A stretch of DNA of 64,000 nucleotides from Candidatus Woesearchaeota archaeon (GTDB lineage Archaea; Nanobdellota; Nanobdellia; Woesearchaeales; JAFGPW01): positions 152,752 through 216,751 of the forward strand of contig JAFGPW010000004.1 in assembly GCA_016935985.1 (NCBI GenBank). Direction: 5' to 3'. Numbering within the stretch: position 1 is the first letter of the stretch; each line of letters opens with the position of its first letter. This document shows, piece by piece, positions 39,026-48,029 of the stretch. Below the pieces are notes generated by a model. It made no database searches, was not told the DNA's origin, and saw only the letters and a list, made by a program, of their open reading frames with translations. The translations under genes and the position numbers were made by a program.

Positions 39026-40990
39026 ATGGCGAAACGCACACTGTGGAGAACACTGCTCCGGAGACTCAACGGAGATACGAACCGCAGCAAGGACCTGGAC
39101 ATCCTCTATGAACGGTTCCCTGCCATGAAAGGGCTGGTCAGGACCAGCCTCTACTTCGGGATCTTCAGGGGGCTCATGGATCTTTCGGTCGGCGCCAAGC
39201 TCTACATGAACCTGCCGGACATCGGCGTGCTGAGCACGCTGACCAGCTTTTCCTTCAACGTCCCCGGCGACTATCTCGGCGAGGTGCGGGGCACCGACTT
39301 CGTCAACGAGAGGGTCAACGCCATCAGCCCACGGAGCAAGGTCGCGTCCCTTCTCGAGAGCAGCTGCGGTTTCCTCGAAGACGCACCGATGAAGGCGCGG
39401 ATCTCCCTTGAGGAGTACCTAAAGGAAAAATATTTCGAGACAGACGCCGAGTTCGAGGAGCGCTATCTGAGGAATTTCAGCAGGATCGATTCCATACTGC
39501 AGCGGCATCCGGAGGGCGGGCAGGCAGCAAGGGAGATCGGCGACGTGCTCTTCGGCACGAGGTCGCCCTTGCCGTGCAAGGACCAAACCCTCATCTCGCT
39601 GCTTCAGGACCTCCGGCCGATCGATGCCGACGAGATAGAGCAGTCCTTGCGGAAATTCTACGGCCAGATATCCGCGATCCCAGCGAACATCCCAACCTCG
39701 AGCCGGCTGTGGACGAGGGGACGGTACATCGATCTGGTGCGGGGCTTTGCCAGCGTCGCGAAGAACGGCTTCTACGACGAGATGGACGAGGAGCTGAAGG
39801 TGATCCGCGAGGCCGAGGAGACCATCAAGGACATCAAGGAAGGGAAGAAGCTTTCCAGAGATGACTATGCCGACCTCGACCGGATCGCGAGGGAGTACCT
39901 GGCGTTCCTGATGACCACGCAGGTGGTTTTCCATGAGGGTGAGGAGAATCTGAACCGGGTCGCGAGGATCCTCGACGCCGTCAAGCGGGGGCATAACCTC
40001 GAGCCCGGCAGCAAGAGGTACCTCGGCGCCTTCATCGCTGAGTACCGGCGCTTCCTCGACCTGAGCAGGGCCTGTTTCCCCGACGCGGATCTCGCGAGCC
40101 TCGAATCCAAGCTGCACGCTGCAGGAACGTTCATGAACGGATGCGTGGAAACAAGACAAGGCAGTCCTGACGACGCGATCGGCCTCTTCACCGACTACAT
40201 GGCGAAGCTGCGCAGGGTGGACGCCTCGATGGACAAGGAGACGCTGGAGAGCAAGATACGGTCGGTCAGGGACCTTATCAGGAAGATCGGGTCGAAGGAG
40301 ATACACCAGAAGACCGAGGAGCTCGACGAGCTCCTCGCCTACATAGACTCCCGTGAGTATGCCATGAAATCCGCCGGCGTCTCGGAGAAACGGGCCTATT
40401 GCCCGCTGGCCGAAGCGAAGCGGCGGTTCATCGATTCCCCGCTCGCCGAATTCACTAGGGACCTGACGAAGGCGGAGACCGATTCGATCATCGGCCTCTG
40501 CTTTTCCGAGGCGGAACGGACCACGAAGTATGAGATAGCGACTCAAGGGACGCTCTTCGGGCTGCTCGGCCTCAGCTGGATCAGGCCGGAGTTCTCCGAG
40601 ACCACTTTAGTCAACGCGATCGCGTGGGGGCTCCCGCTTGCGGGCAGGTCGCTCATGGAGAGCTATTACACCACGAAAGGAGGCAGGGTGATGACCGCTG
40701 CCATGACCCATATCTTCTTCAAGAGCTTCGAAAAAGAGGGCATCAACGCCGAGACGGCGTTCAGCGAGTACGACTCGACCATGATGCAGGCATATAACAG
40801 GGGATATTTCGGAGCGATGGCAGGCTCGCTCCTTCCCGCCTACTACGCGACGAGCTCCGCCAACCCCTTGCCCCTCACGGTCCCTATCTTCGGCTCCCTG
40901 GTCTTCTTCGGCCTGGCATACAGGTCATGGTTCAGTTCAGTGCGGGCCTTGAAGTCCCAGATTTACGAGCACGCGAAAGGGCTCGCATAA
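39026..40990 (+). CDS. Hypothetical large helical protein with terminal hydrophobic segments
   Basis: 654-codon ORF with its own TATA (TTTATATA ~38970). Confidence 0.7.
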   Translation: MAKRTLWRTLLRRLNGDTNRSKDLDILYERFPAMKGLVRTSLYFGIFRGLMDLSVGAKLYMNLPDIGVLSTLTSFSFNVPGDYLGEVRGTDFVNERVNAISPRSKVASLLESSCGFLEDAPMKARISLEEYLKEKYFETDAEFEERYLRNFSRIDSILQRHPEGGQAAREIGDVLFGTRSPLPCKDQTLISLLQDLRPIDADEIEQSLRKFYGQISAIPANIPTSSRLWTRGRYIDLVRGFASVAKNGFYDEMDEELKVIREAEETIKDIKEGKKLSRDDYADLDRIAREYLAFLMTTQVVFHEGEENLNRVARILDAVKRGHNLEPGSKRYLGAFIAEYRRFLDLSRACFPDADLASLESKLHAAGTFMNGCVETRQGSPDDAIGLFTDYMAKLRRVDASMDKETLESKIRSVRDLIRKIGSKEIHQKTEELDELLAYIDSREYAMKSAGVSEKRAYCPLAEAKRRFIDSPLAEFTRDLTKAETDSIIGLCFSEAERTTKYEIATQGTLFGLLGLSWIRPEFSETTLVNAIAWGLPLAGRSLMESYYTTKGGRVMTAAMTHIFFKSFEKEGINAETAFSEYDSTMMQAYNRGYFGAMAGSLLPAYYATSSANPLPLTVPIFGSLVFFGLAYRSWFSSVRALKSQIYEHAKGLA

Positions 40991-41051
40991 TTATTATTTT
41001 CTATATAGAAAATAAAAACCATGAAATAGGAGCTCAATGCAATTAACAGGT

Positions 41052-41708
41052 ATGGATCTCGGCACCAACTTCGTCGCGGTGCGGACCGCGATCCGCGAAG
41101 CGCTCCTGCGGAGCGGGAGACAGGGCGACGTGCAGATATGCGCAGCCACAAAATATGTCGGACCTGAGGAAATCGTCGCGCTCGGGCGGCTCGGCATCCG
41201 CCACATCGGCGAGAACCGCGTCCAGGACGCGGAGGAGAAGTTCGCCGATCTTCCGGACGGACTGCAGATGACGAAGCATCTCATCGGCACGCTCCAAGCG
41301 GGCAAGATCAACCGGGCGCTGAAGATATTCGACTGCATCCAGAGCGTGGACTCGCTCGGGCTCGCCGAAGCGATGGACGCGCGCGTCCCTGAGGAGAAGC
41401 GCCCGTTCCCGATATTCTTCCAGATCAACATTGCGGCTGACTTGCACAAGGCAGGAACCGCGCCCGAGGGCGCGCAGGATTTCTATCGGCAGCTTCAGGG
41501 GCTGCAGAACCTCGACGTCCGCGGCATCATGACGATCGCGCCGCTCGTCAGGGAGCCTGAGGAGCTGCGCGGCCTGTTCTCGAGGATGCGCGCCATCCGC
41601 GACGCGCTCGGCCTCCTGGATCTCTCGATGGGCATGTCGAACGACTACGTGATAGCGGTCGAAGAAGGCGCAACCATGGTGCGCATCGGCTCCGCGCTCT
41701 TTCAGTGA
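41052..41708 (+). CDS. yggS: YggS/PLP homeostasis protein
   Basis: AATKY, GENRVQ, IGTLQ, LSMGMSNDY, GATMVRIG. Confidence 0.95.
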   Translation: MDLGTNFVAVRTAIREALLRSGRQGDVQICAATKYVGPEEIVALGRLGIRHIGENRVQDAEEKFADLPDGLQMTKHLIGTLQAGKINRALKIFDCIQSVDSLGLAEAMDARVPEEKRPFPIFFQINIAADLHKAGTAPEGAQDFYRQLQGLQNLDVRGIMTIAPLVREPEELRGLFSRMRAIRDALGLLDLSMGMSNDYVIAVEEGATMVRIGSALFQ

Positions 41709-42229
41709 CGCCGCAGCCGCGAGAGGAGCAGCAGCACTAATATGCCGGCAAAGGCGGTCATCGCCATGAACGGGATCGTGATGAACCCATAGGAGGTGAT
41801 GTATCTCGCTGAGCACTCAGCGCCAGCCGTGCACAAGATCGCGATCTCTGCCATCTGGCTCGCATAATGGTAGAGGGCGAGGAGGAGGCCGCCGACCGCG
41901 AACGGCGCCGCGTAATCGATCACCCCGCGGTCGCCTTTCATGAGCGCGATTCCGAATACCAGCACGAGCGGGTACATCAGGATGCGCTGGTACCAGCAGA
42001 GCGTGCAGGGCGTGAGCATCTCGACATTAGAGTAGAAGAGGCTGCCGAGCATCGAGGCGAGGGCGAGCGTGAACGCTCCCGGTATCGCAGAGGGGGCGAG
42101 CCGTCTGAGGAATACCTTCGCTGACGGATTCCTGCTCGCCGCCAACAGCGCGATGAGGGCTACGATCGCTATATCCGCGACTAGGACCGCAGTCGGGATG
42201 AGCCAGCCTATGAGGGGGACGTGCGCCAT
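41702..42229 (-). CDS. dsbB: Disulfide bond formation protein B (DsbB/BdbC)
   Basis: GSLFYS, PCTLCWYQRILMYP, second Cys pair. Confidence 0.9.
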   Translation of the reverse strand: MAHVPLIGWLIPTAVLVADIAIVALIALLAASRNPSAKVFLRRLAPSAIPGAFTLALASMLGSLFYSNVEMLTPCTLCWYQRILMYPLVLVFGIALMKGDRGVIDYAAPFAVGGLLLALYHYASQMAEIAILCTAGAECSARYITSYGFITIPFMAMTAFAGILVLLLLSRLRRH

Positions 42230-42305
42230 CTGATGACGAACCGCGCGTCCGTATTTAAACTTTTTTGGGGTAAGTTTATAAATGAAAGCGGTTTCCAACG
42301 GCAGC

Positions 42306-42464
42306 ATGAAATGCGCGATCTGCAAGGCAGGGATCGGGGAGACATTCCTGAAGAAGATGATCGGGACGATAATCAAGGATGCGAAAGGGAAGAGGTACCC
42401 CGTCTGCCCAGCCTGCCAGCAGAAGCACCAGAACGACAAGAAGGAGATGCTCAAGGCACTCTGA
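42306..42464 (+). CDS. Small zinc-ribbon protein
   Basis: CAIC...CPAC in 52 aa; TTTATAAA upstream. Confidence 0.75.
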   Translation: MKCAICKAGIGETFLKKMIGTIIKDAKGKRYPVCPACQQKHQNDKKEMLKAL

Positions 42465-42486
42465 AGAGTAGCGTGGACAGCACCGC

Positions 42487-42558
42487 GCCCTTGTAGCTCA
42501 GTGGTAGAGCGTCTGCCTCGTAAGCAGAAGGTCGGGGGTTCGATTCCCTCCAAGGGCT
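42487..42558 (+). tRNA. tRNA-Thr(CGT)
   Basis: GCCCTTG acceptor; TCTGC-CTCGTAA-GCAGA; GTTCGATTC. Confidence 0.95.
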
Positions 42559-42596
42559 TGCATCATCATGGCCGTCATGCGGCCCCAGCAACGAGA

Positions 42597-43061
42597 ATGA
42601 GAGCGGAGACCATACGCACCAGGTGCAGGGAATGCGAAGCGTCGTGCTGCAGGCTCGGCGGCGTCGATGTCACCGGCAGGGAGCGGACCCGGATCCTCGC
42701 TGCAGGCCACCCCAACTTCTTCGTCCGCATCGGCCCTGACCACTATGAGATGCGGAGCGTCCGCGGCGTCTGCCCGTATCTCACCGAGGACCACGAGTGC
42801 TCGATCCACGCGGTCCGGCCGCTCATGTGCGAATGCTGGCCGGTGGACGTCGAGCTCGTCGAGGGGAAGCGCGAGTATGTCGTCAACGCCTGCCCGATCG
42901 CGGCCCTGTTCGATGAGGAGGAGCTGCAGGCGTCGAAGGAACGGCTCGCCGACGTCCCGGAGCGGATCCTCGCCGCCGGTATGCGGGACTCGCAGCTCCC
43001 GGCCGAGGACCTCGACCTCATCGAGATGCGCTCGGCGCGGTTCCGGTCGCGCAGGCTCTGA
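42597..43061 (+). CDS. YkgJ-family cysteine-cluster protein
   Basis: CRECEASCC, CPYL, CSIH..RP..C..WP. Confidence 0.85.
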   Translation: MRAETIRTRCRECEASCCRLGGVDVTGRERTRILAAGHPNFFVRIGPDHYEMRSVRGVCPYLTEDHECSIHAVRPLMCECWPVDVELVEGKREYVVNACPIAALFDEEELQASKERLADVPERILAAGMRDSQLPAEDLDLIEMRSARFRSRRL

Positions 43062-43077
43062 TAGCGGCATCACCATC

Positions 43078-44091
43078 TCAGAGGCGCTTTCCCTCGTACT
43101 GGGCGATATGCCGCAGACCGCCCATGAGCCGGGAGAAATGCTCGACCGTTATCGTCTGCGCCGCATCCGAGACCGACCGCTCGGGATCGGTGTGCACCTC
43201 GACCATGATGCCGTCGGCGCCTGCCGCTATCGCCGCCTTGCTCATCGGAATGATGTACTCCGGCCTGCCGGTCCCGTGCGAGGGATCGACGATGATCGGG
43301 AGGTGGGAGAGCTGCTTCACCGCAGGCACGACGCACAGGTCGAGGGTGTTGCGCGTGTAGTCGTTGAAGGTCCTGATACCCCGCTCGCACAGGATCACGT
43401 CAGGATTCCCCTCCTTCATGACGTACTCGGCGCTCATCAGGAACTCCTCGAGCGTCGCGCTCATCCCGCGCTTGAGCAGCACCGGCCGCCTGGCCTGCCC
43501 GACCGCACGGAGGAGATCGTAGTTCTGCATGTTGCGCGCGCCTATCTGGAGGATGTCGGCGTACTCGGCGACGAGCGGCACCAGCGCAGGGGTCATCACC
43601 TCGGTGACGACCGGAAGGCCGGTCGCCTCGCGCGCCTGCGCGAGATACACGAGTCCCTTCTCGCCAAGACCGTTGAAGGAATAGGGGCTGGAGCGCGGCT
43701 TGAAGGCGCCGCCGCGGAGCACTGTCGCCCCGACGTCCTTAACCGCATGGGCGATCTCGACGATCTGGTCCCTGCTCTCGACCGCACAGGGGCCAGCCAT
43801 CACGCAGAGCGTGCCGTTTCCGACGCTCGCGGCTCCCGCCGTGACGAGCGTGTCCTCGGCCTTCGTCTCCCGCGAGACGAGCTTGTACTGCGCGAGCACC
43901 CGTTTCACGTCCTCGACGCCGTGCATCGCCTGGAACGCCTCGACGTCGAGAGTGCGTTCATCACCGATGATCGCGATCACCGTCCGTTCGATGCCGTAGA
44001 GCGGCCGCGGCTCGAGCCCGACGCCGTTCACCCTATCGATGACATGCTGGATATCCGCTTCGTTCGCTCCCTTCTTCATGGTTATTATCAT
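43078..44091 (-). CDS. aroF: DAHP synthase, type I-beta with N-terminal regulatory domain
   Basis: [45 protein letters not shown]; true start MIITMK at 44091. Confidence 0.96.
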   Translation of the reverse strand: MIITMKKGANEADIQHVIDRVNGVGLEPRPLYGIERTVIAIIGDERTLDVEAFQAMHGVEDVKRVLAQYKLVSRETKAEDTLVTAGAASVGNGTLCVMAGPCAVESRDQIVEIAHAVKDVGATVLRGGAFKPRSSPYSFNGLGEKGLVYLAQAREATGLPVVTEVMTPALVPLVAEYADILQIGARNMQNYDLLRAVGQARRPVLLKRGMSATLEEFLMSAEYVMKEGNPDVILCERGIRTFNDYTRNTLDLCVVPAVKQLSHLPIIVDPSHGTGRPEYIIPMSKAAIAAGADGIMVEVHTDPERSVSDAAQTITVEHFSRLMGGLRHIAQYEGKRL

Positions 44092-44180
44092 GGCATTCCA
44101 CCGTGTCCTTGAGGCGTCGAGAGCGTCCAATCTAGGTTTGTTCCGCATGGCCCCGCTTCCGGAATGATCAGAAGGGAGCC

Positions 44181-44264
44181 TTATTGATAGAAGAAAAACC
44201 CGAAGAACGCGCTCTGCCAGCTCGCACTGCATGCATGGTCCTGCCCGGGCTGGCTGCCACTCAT
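44181..44264 (-). CDS. Aromatic-rich leader peptide of aroF ([27 protein letters not shown])
   Basis: 5 Phe, 1 Tyr and 1 Trp in the last 12 codons; between the TATA box and aroF. Confidence 0.85.
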   Translation of the reverse strand: MSGSQPGQDHACSASWQSAFFGFFFYQ

Positions 44265-44285
44265 GCCTCCCTGAAGCGCTGCAGT

Positions 44286-44326
44286 CATATAAATAAGTTT
44301 CGGGACCGAAGGCCAAGGCTTATATA
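44286..44326. promoter_or_regulatory. Back-to-back TATA boxes (aroF leader on minus, radical SAM gene on plus)
   Basis: Minus TTTATATG at 44293-44286, 21 nt before the leader ATG; plus TTATATA at 44320-44326. Confidence 0.72.
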
Positions 44327-44348
44327 CGGACCCCTTTTCCGGCCACGC

Positions 44349-45383
44349 ATGGAGAATCTTCCCGCTGATCACGAGGAGACGGTCAGGAGAGCCGGAGAAG
44401 TCTTCAGAGGACGCTTCCCACCGACGACACGCTTCGAGCGCGCGCTGTTCTACGGCTGGTACTGCAGCATCGGCGACTGCGGTTTCTGCTACATGTCCCT
44501 CCCCCACAACCGGACGCGCCCTGGCGCGAGGCGGAGCGTCCACTCGCTCGTCGCCGAGACCGTCCTGTGCAGGGAGCTCGGCTGGAATCTCGGCTTCCTC
44601 TCAGGCGGCCATGACGCCCATACCCTCATCGACTTCCGGCGATTGGTGCGGGCGGTGAGCGAGGCCTATGGGGAAAAGGTATGGATCAACGCAGGCCCGC
44701 TCATGGCAGGAGATCTCAGGCCGCTGCTGCCGTACCTCAAAGGCATCGTGGCATCGATCGAGACGGCCAATCCAGGGATTCACGAACGAGTCTGCCCTTC
44801 AAAGCCGATGGGGCCTTTCGAGGAGTCGCTCAAGGCCGCCACTGGATTCGGCCTCGCGCGCGCGATGACGATCATCCTCGGGCTCGGCGAGACGACTGAC
44901 GACTATCCGCTGCTCAAGGAATTCATCACGAAGCACGGCATCTCCAAGATCCATTTCTACGGGCTCAACCCGCATCCAGGCACGGTCTTCGAGGACGCGA
45001 AGCCGCCGTCTGCCGCCTACCACTCCTGGTGGATCGCGAAGACCAGGATCGATTTCCCGGGAATCGACATCCAGGCAGGCATCTGGGAGGACCGTGCGGG
45101 AAATGTCGCAGAGCTCCTGCGCGCCGGCGCGAACTCGATCTCGAAGTTCCCTGCGATACGCCGGTTCGGAGGCGTCGCCGCGCGTGAGATCGAGCGGCAG
45201 GCGGCAGCCGCGGGAAGACGGTTCGAAGGAACGCTCACCGCGCTTCCTGAGGTCGACTGGCAGGCCCGCGTGGATGCGCTCGCGCTCCCGGAAGAGGACA
45301 GGGCGCTCGTCAGTGCGAAACTCCGCGCGTATCTGCAGAGGATGCGATCAGGGAGTCCCCGCCCGGATACAGCTCGAGCGTGA
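44349..45383 (+). CDS. Radical SAM protein (BioB/HcgA-like) with CX4CX2C motif
   Basis: YCSIGDCGFC, FLSGG, ASIET, IILGLGET. Confidence 0.85.
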   Translation: MENLPADHEETVRRAGEVFRGRFPPTTRFERALFYGWYCSIGDCGFCYMSLPHNRTRPGARRSVHSLVAETVLCRELGWNLGFLSGGHDAHTLIDFRRLVRAVSEAYGEKVWINAGPLMAGDLRPLLPYLKGIVASIETANPGIHERVCPSKPMGPFEESLKAATGFGLARAMTIILGLGETTDDYPLLKEFITKHGISKIHFYGLNPHPGTVFEDAKPPSAAYHSWWIAKTRIDFPGIDIQAGIWEDRAGNVAELLRAGANSISKFPAIRRFGGVAAREIERQAAAAGRRFEGTLTALPEVDWQARVDALALPEEDRALVSAKLRAYLQRMRSGSPRPDTARA

Positions 45384-46767
45384 TCCCGGCATTCTGATAG
45401 AACAGGTAGGCGCTGCCCTTCGGCAGGATGACATGGAAGGGATTGTCGTCGTACGCCATCGGGGTCCAGGTACCGAAGAACTGGGGGTTGAGCGCCTTGA
45501 ACGAGTCCAGGGCGATGCCCGCATGCCGCGCGAGGTCGGCGATGCGCATCCGCTTCGGCACCATGACGATCTCGAGGCTGTCCCTCACGCCCTCGTCGAC
45601 CATGAAGCCGAACCTTGCGGGATCGGTCGCGATGACGTAGCCGGCGGCCATGATAAGGGGGTAGTTCTGATTCTCGAAGGTCCTGAAATGCGGCTGGAAA
45701 TCCATGAAGTCGACCGTGCCGTAATAGCCGTTCCAAGTGAAGAAGTCCTGTATCCCTTCGACGGGCGTCCCTCTCCGTGCCTCGGTGATGAGATAGTCCC
45801 AATAGCGGTTGTCGGGATCGATGTGGTACCGTGCCTGCACCGCAGGATCGCGGAGCGCTGCGTCGAGGTCCGCGATGAGGCCGCTTTTCCCCCGGTTGTA
45901 GCCTTCGAGCGCGAGGTGCCAGTCGCCCACGAGCGCGAAGAGCTCCCGCTTGTGGCCCGCAGCCGCGACGGTCGACCTGACGAGGTCGTAGCGCCCGTCG
46001 TACCGGTCGGCGTAGCCGTTCCTCTGGTCGCCGATGGCGATGCCGCTGCTCCTGGCGGTGCTGTACTTGAACTGCCACCAGCCCTTGGCACGCGCTCCCG
46101 ATTCCGCCGTGCCGTCGAATCCTGATTCGAAGAGCGCGTTCCAGGCGAGGGCGCTCGGCAGGCCGGCGACTGAGAAGAGCTGTTCCATGAAGCCGATGTA
46201 GGGCTGGGCTGCGGCGAGCGATTCGCCGGTCCTCCCGCGCATGCCACGCTTGTAGAAGAGGTCGTCGAAAGGTATGCCGAGCTCGCGCGAAAGCGCCGTC
46301 TTCTTCGCCCGCATGATCCGCTGGTCGACGGTGGTCGTGTCCCGCCAAGGGTCGGTGATGAGGTAGGGCCTGATCCCCCGCTTCTCGTAGACCTCGAGCG
46401 TGCGGTTGTTGTAGAAGAACACGCTGTCCTCGGTCGTGGTGAGGACGTCGATCCAGAAGTCGACCTTTGGGCCGGCGAGCGGCCGGTAGGCCTGGAAGGA
46501 CCCCTTCTCGAGGGCCGACACGTTTCGTGCAGGGAAGGATATCGTGATCGGGGAGCCATGCTCTGGCGCAGGGGCGTCCGCGGCGACAGAGTCGATCGAC
46601 CGCTCGATCACCGTCGGGAGGGAGGGAGAGGGGAGGTCAGGATAAGTCTTCTTAGGGAGTATCGAAGGAAGGTTCACGAGGAGATAGAGCCCGACGACGA
46701 CGGCGAGCGAGGAGAGCCCCGCCTTCGCGATCCTCCCGCTGTCCATGGCTACCTTCGGAGGGTCCAT
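45310..46767 (-). CDS. Membrane-anchored lytic transglycosylase (SLT/MltD-like) with LysM-like C-terminal segment
   Basis: ES catalytic motif, A.GWWQF...TA, DGRYD...ST.AA, GDWHLAL..YNRG, FKALNP; N-terminal TM. Confidence 0.88.
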   Translation of the reverse strand: MDPPKVAMDSGRIAKAGLSSLAVVVGLYLLVNLPSILPKKTYPDLPSPSLPTVIERSIDSVAADAPAPEHGSPITISFPARNVSALEKGSFQAYRPLAGPKVDFWIDVLTTTEDSVFFYNNRTLEVYEKRGIRPYLITDPWRDTTTVDQRIMRAKKTALSRELGIPFDDLFYKRGMRGRTGESLAAAQPYIGFMEQLFSVAGLPSALAWNALFESGFDGTAESGARAKGWWQFKYSTARSSGIAIGDQRNGYADRYDGRYDLVRSTVAAAGHKRELFALVGDWHLALEGYNRGKSGLIADLDAALRDPAVQARYHIDPDNRYWDYLITEARRGTPVEGIQDFFTWNGYYGTVDFMDFQPHFRTFENQNYPLIMAAGYVIATDPARFGFMVDEGVRDSLEIVMVPKRMRIADLARHAGIALDSFKALNPQFFGTWTPMAYDDNPFHVILPKGSAYLFYQNAGITLELYPGGDSLIASSADTRGVSH

Positions 46768-46817
46768 GCGCGACAGGGAGCGCGAGGCACTATAAAAAAG
46801 TTGCGCGCGAGGGGACC

Positions 46818-48029
46818 TCACTCATACCGCAGCGCGTCGACCGGCTGCTGCCTGGATGCCTGCATCGCGGGAAGCACGCCGGAACCCGCGCCGACGACGA
46901 AGGCGAAGAGGATGCAACCGGCGGAGAGGTACCAAGGGAAAATCGGCTGGAGCGCGGAATAGCCGACCGCGGCGGCGATCGCGCCGGCAGCCGAGGAGAC
47001 CAGGTAGCCGGAGAGGACGCCGAGGACGCCGCCGATCATGCCGAGGACGCCTGCCTCGAAGATGAAGATGAAGAGGATATCCTCGTTCCGCGCGCCAATC
47101 GCCTTCATGATGCCGATCTCCTTGGTCCGCTCGAGGACGGCGGTGTACATAGTGTTCATGATGTTGACCGAGGCCACGACAACCGAGATGAGGGCTATCA
47201 GGATCAGCATGCCGACGATCACGTCGATCACCGTCCCGAAGGTCTCGAGGAGGTCCGCGTAGGTCTGGACATAGAAGGACTCTTTCCCCACATCCTCGCC
47301 GCGGCGCTTGCGCAGCTTGTCCTCGATGGTCTTGGCGAGCCCTTCGGGATCCGTGCCCTTGTCCGCCTCGATCAGCGCGTAGCCGAACTTGTCCGCCTTG
47401 TCCGGGAACATGCTCTCGAACATATCGAAGGAGAGGTAGACGTTCCCGTCGTCCTGAGGGTTGCCCACTTCCTCGTAGAACCCGACGATGGAGAATGGCT
47501 CGCCGTTAATCTCTACCCTCTCACCGAGCCGCAGCCCGCGCTTGAAGATCTTGTCATCGAGGAGGTAGTTGTAGCCGAGCACCACATTGTTCATGTCGCC
47601 GTCCTCGAGATTCCTGCCCTTGTCTACCTTGACCGTCATCGCCCGGTCGATGAAGTCGATGCTATCCGGGTCGAGGCCCGCGATGAAGTTATAGGCCTTC
47701 TCCTTGCCGGAGACGATCTCGCCGACGCCCATGTACATCCCGGTGGCCTGCGAGACGCCGTTGATGCGCTCGACGAAGTCGAGATCGGCCCCGGTCACGT
47801 AGAAGTTCGTGTCCATCCCAGGGGCGGCCGCGCCCTTCGACATCAGGAAGAGCATGCTCGCCCCCGCCTCGTCGGCGAGGGTGTTGACATAGTTGTTGAT
47901 GCCGAGGCCGAACGAGATGAGGGCATAGATTGCCATCACGCCGATGAGGATGGAGAGGACGGTGAGGAAGCTCCGCGTCTTGCGGTGCACGAGGTTCTGC
48001 AGGGAATAGCGCATCTCGTCGGCTCTCAT
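46818..48029 (-). CDS. MacB/FtsX-type ABC transporter permease
   Basis: NTMYTAVLERTKEIGIMKAIGA; PVDALRYE. Confidence 0.93.
   Translation of the reverse strand: MRADEMRYSLQNLVHRKTRSFLTVLSILIGVMAIYALISFGLGINNYVNTLADEAGASMLFLMSKGAAAPGMDTNFYVTGADLDFVERINGVSQATGMYMGVGEIVSGKEKAYNFIAGLDPDSIDFIDRAMTVKVDKGRNLEDGDMNNVVLGYNYLLDDKIFKRGLRLGERVEINGEPFSIVGFYEEVGNPQDDGNVYLSFDMFESMFPDKADKFGYALIEADKGTDPEGLAKTIEDKLRKRRGEDVGKESFYVQTYADLLETFGTVIDVIVGMLILIALISVVVASVNIMNTMYTAVLERTKEIGIMKAIGARNEDILFIFIFEAGVLGMIGGVLGVLSGYLVSSAAGAIAAAVGYSALQPIFPWYLSAGCILFAFVVGAGSGVLPAMQASRQQPVDALRYE

Noticed and set aside
41702..43061. Long starts for dsbB (42553) and YkgJ (42501)
   Set aside because: Both run through tRNA-Thr; downstream ATGs fit better.
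44092..44316. N-terminal extension of aroF in the ORF track
   Set aside because: It spans the promoter and leader; homology-like sequence starts at MIITMK (44091).
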